NCBI GenBank assembly: GCA_041737745.1
Contig: JBGSRC010000008.1
Coordinates: 44,459-108,458, forward strand
Reading direction: 5' to 3'
DNA from: Candidatus Caenarcanales bacterium
Lineage (GTDB): Bacteria; Cyanobacteriota; Vampirovibrionia; Caenarcaniphilales; Caenarcanaceae
DNA length: 64,000 nt
Shown piece by piece: positions 57,636 through 64,000 of this stretch (positions are counted from its first letter, which is position 1; every line of letters starts with the position of its first letter). The notes under the pieces are model-generated. The model had not been told where the DNA came from. It made no database searches and was given only the letters and a program-made list of their open reading frames with translations. Both the position numbers and the translations under genes were made by a program.

Positions 57636-57675
57636 TCTTAAGATCCATTGTGGTTTTAGAGGGTGACTTCCCAAA

Positions 57676-57704
57676 AAGAAAAAACCCTCGCAGAGGAGGG
57701 CTTT
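57676..57704 (-). terminator. Rho-independent-terminator-like hairpin (CCCTC-GCAGAG-GAGGG) flanked by A6 and T-run; stronger on the minus strand
   Basis: 'AAAAAACCCTCGCAGAGGAGGGCTTT'; an identical copy lies at 57921..57950. Confidence 0.45.
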
Positions 57705-57920
57705 AAACGCTTCTATTGCAAATCGAAAAGTAAGTTTGTGCCCACCCCCCTGCCCCTCCGGTGGAGGGGAGTTAATTTCTATGGGGGCTCTGCGTATCGG
57801 CCTAGCTAGGCACTCTTGCTACGCAGCCCCAAACCCCCTTCAAAAACAAGGGAAAACTAAAAATTTGCAAAAGACGTCAAAGTAATATCTCGATCCAGAT
57901 GATGCAAACTAAGTTTGCAA

Positions 57921-57950
57921 AAGAAAAAACCCTCGCAGAGGAGGGCTTTT
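57921..57950 (-). terminator. Second copy of the same terminator-like hairpin
   Basis: 'GAAAAAACCCTCGCAGAGGAGGGCTTTT'. Confidence 0.45.
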
Positions 57951-58453
57951 GGATTGAAGGAGGAACTGTATTACGAATAAATCAATCAATAATCGTCTTA
58001 ATTGTAAATAAAAACAATAAAGACTTATGTACTGATAATCACTCGAATATCTATTGAAAAAAATAATGAACTTGCAAATGTTTCACCTTAGGGTGGGTTA
58101 AACCCTAAAGATCCACAAACAAGATAATACACTAGCTGAACTAAAAAGTCATGACCTATGGGTGAAATCTTGCTAAGAGCTTTCAGGCGATCGGGCTAAG
58201 CAAAGCCGTTTCGACTGATTAGATCCAGCAAAAGACTCTCCTAGTCCTAGAAGTTACTGTCAGTCTCTATGACAAAGTCCTTTCAGGGCAGTGATCCGGC
58301 CGAAGCTGCAATAATCAAAAGTGTGTAAAGGGTTTACACGAGCCGGATTCCAGAGCCTATATCGCCAAGTCCAATACTCCACTTCTCTCGTTTGCCTTCT
58401 CAAATGAATCCCCCGAATCGGAGTCCGGTTTTTACTTTTTTTGGAGAGTATCT

Positions 58454-59023
58454 ATGGAAAATACCAATAGTCCACCCCCTCAAGTTATCCCCCCAAGCGA
58501 TAATCAAGTCCCCCAAGCAGATCAAGCAGTCTCTTGGAAAGAAGCAACCAGTATCTTAAATGAAACTATAGCCCACAGCCCAGCCCTAGAGCGCGTAGCG
58601 CAAGAACAAGGCTATCACTGCTTTGAAGAAGCTTATTTTCAGCATTACGGAAATTATCTGCAAGCGCTGAAAGCTTCTTCCTCAGACCCGCAAGCGAGAG
58701 CGATCACCGGTCAGCTGGAAGGGCTCTGGTTCGCCGGAAAATACGCTGATGCTCTGCAAGTCGCTTCTCGTTACTTTGGGAAAGTGGCTCAAACAAGCCA
58801 AGCTCCTCAAAGCCTGCAGCCCAGACACCAAAGCGGCAATGAGGGATATTTGGGGGCTTATCCCTTTCGCTCTCGCCAAGAGTACCAACAAGCTTCCCGT
58901 TCGCAAGACCCTAGAATGCGCGAAATGGCCCAAAAAGCCTGGAGAACATGGCTAACTACCTATCGCCGCGATTCTAATAATCCTCAAACCCCCTACCCAA
59001 TGGAGACTAACCCCAATGCCTAA
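58454..59023 (+). CDS. Hypothetical Pro/Gln-rich protein (candidate scaffold/cargo of the downstream HK97-fold protein)
   Basis: 189 aa, disordered Pro-rich N-terminus, Gln/Ala-rich. Overlaps the next gene by 8 nt (translational coupling). Confidence 0.4.
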   Translation: MENTNSPPPQVIPPSDNQVPQADQAVSWKEATSILNETIAHSPALERVAQEQGYHCFEEAYFQHYGNYLQALKASSSDPQARAITGQLEGLWFAGKYADALQVASRYFGKVAQTSQAPQSLQPRHQSGNEGYLGAYPFRSRQEYQQASRSQDPRMREMAQKAWRTWLTTYRRDSNNPQTPYPMETNPNA

Positions 59024-59936
59024 TATCACTCGCTCATCGTTGAGCGCTCAGTTTTCTAATCCTGTTGCCGATAAGATCCTCGAATATCTTTACGATTATC
59101 TGATCTTTGCGCCGCAATTTTTTGATGCCGAACATGGCAACCTGATCTCACAAGATCCGATGGACAAACGCCCGAAGATCTTCGATGCCTCAAAGTATGT
59201 CAAACGGGCTTATTCTCGTGGCGAGACGATCAAAATCCCCAACATACCGCGCCTCTATGCCCAAGATAAACTAGCAGACACCGAGATCACCGATCAGTCG
59301 CTAAACGTTAGCAGCGTCTCGCTCACTATCACCACCCACAAGTATGTCAGCGTGGTTTTGGAAGATTCGGCCGAGGCTTTCGACAATACAGCTATGGTCG
59401 AAGAGATGGCTAAGCGCGAAGCTCGTGCGCTTGCCGAAGCCTTTGAAGATTCGGTGATCGCTACTTTCGGTGACTTTGCCACAGTAAATGGAGGCGGAGT
59501 TGGTGATGTTTTGAGTTTCGATGATTTTGCGGTTTGGAATAGGACTTTCTTCAAGAAAGGCGTCAATCTCGATCATTCACCGGCTTGGGCTATTCTCACT
59601 CCCGAGCAGTATTCTGTATTGGCCACCACTCGTGATGAGTTCACTGTGGCTGGCGAAAAAGGGCTTGGCACCTTCAATTCTGGCCGAATCATAGAGACTC
59701 CCCATGGGATTTATGCGCTTCGTTCGAATCGTCTCAGTTCATCTGGTGGGTCTGCTACTGGTCTATGCTTTACTGAGAATGCTTTGATGTGTGCTTTTGC
59801 GATCATGCCTCGTTTCGTTGAGACTCGCGATGATCGGAAGGTTGGGATTCGTTTTTATGCTGACTTTATGGCTGGAGTGGCTAAGCTGAGAGACGAAGAA
59901 GGTATTAGGCTGAACTTTGACGCTGATAGCGTTTGA
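59016..59936 (+). CDS. HK97-fold major capsid protein / encapsulin-like shell protein
   Basis: By eye it is collinear with T. maritima encapsulin and T7 gp10 over the E-loop/P-domain region. The matches are 'LEDSAEAFDNTAMVEEMAKREARALAEAFEDSVIATFG' to '...LDLWELDNLE..VAEFEDEVIFRG', and 'SGRIIETPHGIYAL' to 'GGKIITTPRIEDAL'. 306 aa. Confidence 0.5.
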   Translation: MPNITRSSLSAQFSNPVADKILEYLYDYLIFAPQFFDAEHGNLISQDPMDKRPKIFDASKYVKRAYSRGETIKIPNIPRLYAQDKLADTEITDQSLNVSSVSLTITTHKYVSVVLEDSAEAFDNTAMVEEMAKREARALAEAFEDSVIATFGDFATVNGGGVGDVLSFDDFAVWNRTFFKKGVNLDHSPAWAILTPEQYSVLATTRDEFTVAGEKGLGTFNSGRIIETPHGIYALRSNRLSSSGGSATGLCFTENALMCAFAIMPRFVETRDDRKVGIRFYADFMAGVAKLRDEEGIRLNFDADSV

Positions 59937-60089
59937 TGTTGATGCAATTACTTGATTGGTTTTATTAAGCATAGGAGCCTCTTAAAGAATTTACGGGGCC
60001 AAAGCCCCAAGCCGCCTTTCTTAATTTGAAGAACAACCCACTTTTTGAAGTAACTAAAATCCCCAACTAAAAAAAAGAGAAAAAAATAA

Positions 60090-60893
60090 ATGATCGACTT
60101 TGAAAAATTCGTCGGCGATCTGGAAGCCCTCAAAAACCATGGAGGTTCCTCCAAACGCCTTAACCACTTCGACCCTCGTGACCAAAAAAAGCTAAAACAA
60201 GCCTCCCAAGATCTCGTCCTCCTGAATAATACCGGCAGACGCCTCTTCATCACCAATCAACTCGGCTTTGTAAATTATTTCAATGTCCAACCCGATGGAG
60301 TCAAGCACCTAGTCGATCTGATCAGACCCTATTGGCTCGGCCTCCCCAATACCTTTGAACAACCGCTCTTCGATACAGCCAGTCAAGTACAAAGCTTCAT
60401 CACCGAACGCCTAGTGGCCGACTTGGTCGAGATGGTCTCCTCTTGGCGCCTGAACTTTGACCGGAATCCTGTCCCAATCAGAAAAAAAGGCCTAAGAAGC
60501 TTCAAGGGCTACAAATCTCGCCCCTACCGCGAATGGTTCAAAGATCACTTTGCCGAGAGTACCTATACCTACGATGTCGTGATCGCTCTAGCCGAAGACA
60601 AACCGCTCACTATCCCCCGCAAAACTGAGCTTTGGGGCATGGGCGGAGAGCTGCTGAGCGAAGAAGAAGAGCTACTGGTCAGGCAAGATCTCTCGGCTGA
60701 TCCTAAACCAAAGCTGCTCCAGTTCATCGAATCTGTCCCAAGCGATCTCTGGGAAATAAAATCTCAAGCTCGCACTGGCCTAGAAGAGCTAGAGCTGAGA
60801 GGAAAAATGCAACAGCTCGAAAAAGAAATAGAAAGCCTGAAAAATCTAAAAACATCCCTCACCAAACAAAAAGGAAAAGAAAATAATGTCTGA
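60090..60893 (+). CDS. Hypothetical protein with C-terminal coiled coil
   Basis: 267 aa; C-terminus 'ELELRGKMQQLEKEIESLKNLKTSL'. No motif. Confidence 0.4.
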   Translation: MIDFEKFVGDLEALKNHGGSSKRLNHFDPRDQKKLKQASQDLVLLNNTGRRLFITNQLGFVNYFNVQPDGVKHLVDLIRPYWLGLPNTFEQPLFDTASQVQSFITERLVADLVEMVSSWRLNFDRNPVPIRKKGLRSFKGYKSRPYREWFKDHFAESTYTYDVVIALAEDKPLTIPRKTELWGMGGELLSEEEELLVRQDLSADPKPKLLQFIESVPSDLWEIKSQARTGLEELELRGKMQQLEKEIESLKNLKTSLTKQKGKENNV

Positions 60894-61257
60894 AATAGCA
60901 AACATGATTTTGTGCAATGGCACAGTAGATCTCACCAATGGCAGTAGTGGCGTGACTTTTAAGGTCGATCGGGCGGGAGATCTGATACTGGGCGAATGTT
61001 TTGTCGAACTTTTGACCGGAGTAGTAGGCACAACTACTGCCCCTATTGTCGGCATTTCTATAGCTGGTGCTGAGCAGGGTTCAGTTACTGCCCCCAATGC
61101 TAGACCGGCTGGCGATTTGCTGCGTTTTGCGCCCACTACACAAAGAGGGCCTGCTATCAGGCTTTCAGCCGGTGAGACAGTTCGAGTCTTCACCAAGACC
61201 GCTGCTGCTGGGGGCGTTCCTGCTGGCAGTTTGCGCGTGTTTCTTGCCTTGAAGTGA
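60886..61257 (+). CDS. Hypothetical small Gly/Ala/Thr-rich beta-type protein (possible phage decoration/fiber-like)
   Basis: 123 aa; overlaps the upstream gene by 8 nt. Composition typical of small beta-sandwich phage structural proteins. Confidence 0.35.
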   Translation: MSEIANMILCNGTVDLTNGSSGVTFKVDRAGDLILGECFVELLTGVVGTTTAPIVGISIAGAEQGSVTAPNARPAGDLLRFAPTTQRGPAIRLSAGETVRVFTKTAAAGGVPAGSLRVFLALK

Positions 61258-61269
61258 TTTCTTAAAACT

Positions 61270-61956
61270 ATGCCATCACAAATACTTGAAATAGTGAATC
61301 AAGCCCTAGCGAGGCTAGGGGAAACGCCTCTGAGTGCAGCCGAATATGACTTTGGTTTGGAGCGACATCAGCTCATTTTGCGCGAGGCCGTTCGTGAGTT
61401 TTGGGAGAAGACCATCAATCTAGCCAAAGACGATCTGAAATATTATTTCGAGCTGAGCACTGTCACTGGGCAGGGTCTTTACGCTCTTGGTTTTGAGCCT
61501 CTTGAGCTTGCTAGCACTCAGCTTTTTCTGCTCGATCCAAGCGCAGGGCAAGATAGACTTTTAGGCCGAGTCTTAGAAAAAGACTTGCTGGTGGATACTG
61601 GGGGAGATCTAGCAAATCTTCCTTCCGGCAAGCCTAGAGATTGGTTTGTGGCTCATACCAGTTTGGCCGGTGAGAGTAGGCTCGGTTTTGCTCCAATTCC
61701 GGATAATATTTACACGATTCGGATCTATAGGCAGCTGGCTCCGGCGGCTCTTAGTGCTAGCTCTGTCTTGATGGCCAATCGTTTGGCTCTAAGTGCTATG
61801 CGTCATTATTTGGAGTGGGTTTTGGTTCGTGAGGAGGGATTTTCTTCTGCTCCAGATTTTGAGCGTCGTTTTGAGGAGGCTTGGCATGAGTACATTGGGC
61901 GGAGCGCATCTTCAGAAAAGCGTAATCTTTTTCAATGGCCTTATCAGCAGAGCTAG
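61270..61956 (+). CDS. Hypothetical protein with N-terminus resembling podovirus tail tubular protein A (T7 gp11-like adaptor)
   Basis: 'IVNQALARLGETPLSAAEYD' versus T7 gp11 'VNDILASIGEPPVSTLEGD' (recalled from memory); 228 aa. Confidence 0.35.
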   Translation: MPSQILEIVNQALARLGETPLSAAEYDFGLERHQLILREAVREFWEKTINLAKDDLKYYFELSTVTGQGLYALGFEPLELASTQLFLLDPSAGQDRLLGRVLEKDLLVDTGGDLANLPSGKPRDWFVAHTSLAGESRLGFAPIPDNIYTIRIYRQLAPAALSASSVLMANRLALSAMRHYLEWVLVREEGFSSAPDFERRFEEAWHEYIGRSASSEKRNLFQWPYQQS

Positions 61957-62100
61957 AGTCCCCAAACCCCTATTCAATTTGAGCGACTTAACAATATATA
62001 GCGTGGCTTTTTAGAGCTGTTCAGCGTTTCATGAAGAACAGGTGGAGTTTGAGGGCGCTAGCCCTCAAGGAAATAAACTTCACTAACCGCAAGTGAGCCC
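61957..62100. repeat. 143-bp direct repeat, copy 1 (starts right after the stop of 61270..61956)
   Basis: About 93% identical to 62162..62304; contains 'GTCCCCAAACCCC' and 'GGTGGAGTTTGAGGGCGCTAGCCCTCAAGG'. Confidence 0.75.
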
Positions 62101-62161
62101 TAAAATCCCACCCCCAGCCCCTCCCTCAGGGAGGGGAGAAACTTTTTACTATGGGGACTTC

Positions 62162-62304
62162 TTCCCCAAACCCCTATTCAATTTGAGCGACTTATCAATA
62201 TATAGCGTGGCTTTTTAGAGTTATTCAGCGATTCATGAAGAACAGGTGGAGTTTGAGGGCGCTAGCCCTTAAGGAAATAAACTTCACTAACCGACAGTGT
62301 AAGC
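62162..62304. repeat. 143-bp direct repeat, copy 2 (ends at the stop of the recombinase-like gene)
   Basis: See copy 1. The 61-bp spacer carries the palindrome CCCCTCCCTCAGGGAGGGG. Confidence 0.75.
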
Positions 62305-63165
62305 TCAGCCTTCTAAAACCTCAAAGACCTTCTCGTGAATTCTTCTCAATACCCCAAGATCAAACTTGCTTTTCTTAACCAGAGAGGCAAGTTTTTTCCT
62401 ACCGACCATCTCCCGCGCAAAGAACAATCCATCTTTCTCAATCAGTGAACGCTCAGCATAATCTTGCAGATCTACCGGTGAAAGATCTAAGCCAAAGATT
62501 TTTTTCGCAAGTCGCCTAACAGCCGTAGCCAAATAAACTGGCTCAGTCTTCTCTCCCTTCCCCTTGCAAAAGACGAACTCGGCACTTTTAGCCTGCTTTC
62601 TAGATTCTTCTATCAAATCCACCAAATTTGGATCAATTGGCAAAACGCGCATCCGACCCTTCCGCCCAAGCGTGATATGCGATTTCCGACCCAGACTGAG
62701 ATCTAACCAGCGCAATTGGGAGATCTCCTCAAGCGAGGCCCCAGTAAAAGCCAATAGCGCTAAAAGCAATCGCTGAGCCGGCTTGAGTGTTTCATTGTCT
62801 GCTAGCAAAAGCTCCAGATTGGCTGCTGAGAGGCTTTGCGCTTTGGGAGATTGTTTGGCTTCTTTTGCCTTAAAGCGCCAAGGTAAAGCTAGACGTTGAT
62901 CTATGCTCGCTAGCTTCTTTTCCCCCAGCCAGAGCAGAAAACATCTGATATTTGTAGCTCTTCGCTGCCCGATTCGACGACTGCAGTCGCCTACTAAATC
63001 TAGAATCTTTTCGCTATTTAGAATACTAAAATCGAGTTTGCCTGAGCTGGCCGTTGCTGCGAAGAGAAAGTTTAAGTCGAGTTGGTAGAGTTTGGCGCTG
63101 CTCTCTAGGAGGGCTTTGTCTAAAATAAAATCATCTATAAACCCTTGGAATTCGCTCTCAGTCAT
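62305..63165 (-). CDS. Tyrosine-recombinase (XerC/XerD/phage-integrase) homolog with all catalytic residues substituted (predicted inactive)
   Basis: Collinear with XerD: a SAM-like N-domain ('RRATNIRCFLLWL'), then 'LLALLAFTGASLEEISQLRWLDL' aligned to 'LEVLYATGLRVSELVGL' (Arg to Ala/Ser), 'GRKGRMRVLPIDPNLVDLI' aligned to 'GKGNKERLVPLGEEAVYWL', 'LSPVDLQDYAERSL' aligned to 'LSPHVLRHAFATHL', and 'MVGRKKLASLVKKSKFD' aligned to 'LLGHSDLSTTQIYTH' (Tyr to Phe). 286 aa. Confidence 0.5.
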   Translation of the reverse strand: MTESEFQGFIDDFILDKALLESSAKLYQLDLNFLFAATASSGKLDFSILNSEKILDLVGDCSRRIGQRRATNIRCFLLWLGEKKLASIDQRLALPWRFKAKEAKQSPKAQSLSAANLELLLADNETLKPAQRLLLALLAFTGASLEEISQLRWLDLSLGRKSHITLGRKGRMRVLPIDPNLVDLIEESRKQAKSAEFVFCKGKGEKTEPVYLATAVRRLAKKIFGLDLSPVDLQDYAERSLIEKDGLFFAREMVGRKKLASLVKKSKFDLGVLRRIHEKVFEVLEG

Positions 63166-63458
63166 CGGATGCCGTATTCAGCTAGTCTCTTAACCACATC
63201 TTTTTTGGAAAAAGAACAACCGTTGATTGCCTCAAAGGCTTTTTCTTCCGTTTGCTCTTGCAGAGCAAGAAGCTCCAAACCAAATTCTTGACAAGCAGCT
63301 CTCAGCGCCTGATAGTATTGATCGAAGAGCGCTTTTTTGATCGGTTCCGGCACAGTCTCAAATATGCCGATGGTCTCGTCCCAGAGAAGATCTGTTCTAA
63401 ACTTTACGATCGCCGCCAGAACCAGTTCTTGCGATGTTTGTTTGTTTTGCTCCATCAC
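63162..63458 (-). CDS. Hypothetical protein, translationally coupled upstream of the recombinase-like gene
   Basis: 98 aa; 4-nt overlap with 62305..63165. Confidence 0.4.
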   Translation of the reverse strand: MMEQNKQTSQELVLAAIVKFRTDLLWDETIGIFETVPEPIKKALFDQYYQALRAACQEFGLELLALQEQTEEKAFEAINGCSFSKKDVVKRLAEYGIR

Positions 63459-63462
63459 CGGC

Positions 63463-63972
63463 TCAGCTCAAACTCCGGCTTAATACAGCCATCTCCAGAG
63501 CAGCCAACATCGCTTCGCGCCCTTTATTTCCCATAGAGCCGCCAGCCCTAGCTAAGGCTTGTTCGAGATCGTTGGTGGTCAGCACGCCCATCCCTATTGG
63601 GACACCGGAAGCAAGACCAATCTCTCCCAGTGCTGGAAAGACAAATGACGCAATGTATTGATCATGATCTGTTTCGCCCTTAATGATCGTACCAAGGCAG
63701 ACGAGAGCATCGTATTTGCCGCTTTCAGCGAGCTTTTTGGCCAGAAAAGGCAACTCATAAGAACCTGGCACAAAATAAAATTTGATGTTTTCAGACTTCC
63801 CTTCCAGTTCAGTGAAACAATCAAAAGCCCCCTGAAGAAGCTTGGCGTTCACTGCTTCGTTCCAGCGAGCCATCAGCACAGCAACCTTCAGATCGCGAGC
63901 AGAAGGATTTTCGCTAGAAGGTCTAGGCGGACTAAAACCCATTAGACATTCACCAGCTTGCGGCCAGAGCAA
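63463..63972 (-). CDS. ribH: 6,7-dimethyl-8-ribityllumazine synthase
   Basis: 'KVAVLMARWNEAVNAKLLQGA', 'FVPGSYELPF' and 'GETDHDQYIASFV' motifs. Probable start at the internal Met ('MGFSPP', ~63942). Confidence 0.8.
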   Translation of the reverse strand: MLWPQAGECLMGFSPPRPSSENPSARDLKVAVLMARWNEAVNAKLLQGAFDCFTELEGKSENIKFYFVPGSYELPFLAKKLAESGKYDALVCLGTIIKGETDHDQYIASFVFPALGEIGLASGVPIGMGVLTTNDLEQALARAGGSMGNKGREAMLAALEMAVLSRSLS

Positions 63973-64000
63973 AGAGTCTGGTTCTCGCTTCTAAGCTCAA

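Noticed and set aside
57960-58453. tmRNA, RNase P RNA, SRP RNA or 6S RNA in the long non-coding stretch
   Set aside because: I could not find the conserved cores on either strand: GGAAAGUCCGGGCUCC and ACAGAACCCGGCUUA for RNase P, AGGUCAGGUCCGGAAGGAAGCAGC for SRP, or the tmRNA 5' GGGGCUGAUUCUGGAUUCGAC and T-arm/ACCA ends. It is left as an unassigned candidate only.
2341-62304. CRISPR array among the recurring GC-rich palindromes
   Set aside because: Copies are dispersed kilobases apart. They are not regularly spaced with unique spacers. They are heterogeneous in sequence and length. No cas genes are present in the window.
58454-63458. Intact, inducible prophage
   Set aside because: No portal, large terminase, tail-tube, lysis or repressor genes. 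The only recombinase homolog has lost all catalytic residues. The module is about 5 kb, too small for a functional tailed phage.

Overview
This is a ~64 kb bacterial chromosomal segment, roughly mid-GC. It is mostly densely packed housekeeping genes on both strands, with two tRNAs, tRNA-Gly(GCC) and tRNA-Lys(CTT). The named genes are clpB, trpC, a hisS-like synthetase, acnA-type aconitase, guaA, recO, metK, korA, ppc, a UbiD-family decarboxylase, scpA, scpB, coaBC, mrp/apbC, thrS, recN, miaB and ribH. There are also genes for a cryptochrome/photolyase, a 5-formyltetrahydrofolate cyclo-ligase, an AguB-type amidase and an isolated nuoB-like gene.

Three things stand out beyond the housekeeping content. 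First, a family of short GC-rich palindromic, MITE/REP-like repeats (core motifs GGGGAGTTTGAGGGG and GGGGAC-N-GTCCCCAAACCCC) is scattered through the intergenic spacers. Copies have invaded the interdomain linker of the photolyase gene in-frame and form a triplicated copy of the 3' end of a GT2 glycosyltransferase gene. Second, two paralogous hicB-hicA toxin-antitoxin pairs are present, one abutting tRNA-Lys, and a stand-alone ORF6N (antirepressor-type) gene sits between acn and guaA. Third, and most unusual, the 3' end of the window (~58.4-63.5 kb) holds a phage-derived module: an HK97-fold capsid/encapsulin-like protein, a protein with a T7 gp11-like N-terminus and other small co-oriented ORFs, with no portal or terminase gene. 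The module is bounded by 143-bp direct repeats and a tyrosine-recombinase homolog in which every catalytic residue appears to be substituted, that is, a dead, presumably domesticated integrase.

The lineage cannot be established from this window. Weak hints are compatible with a Chlamydiae/PVC-like organism: an orphan SctQ/FliN-type SpoA-domain gene, large Inc-like hydrophobic hypothetical proteins, a futalosine-type UbiD and stand-alone hemD/trpC genes. The isolated nuoB-like gene argues against a classical chlamydia.
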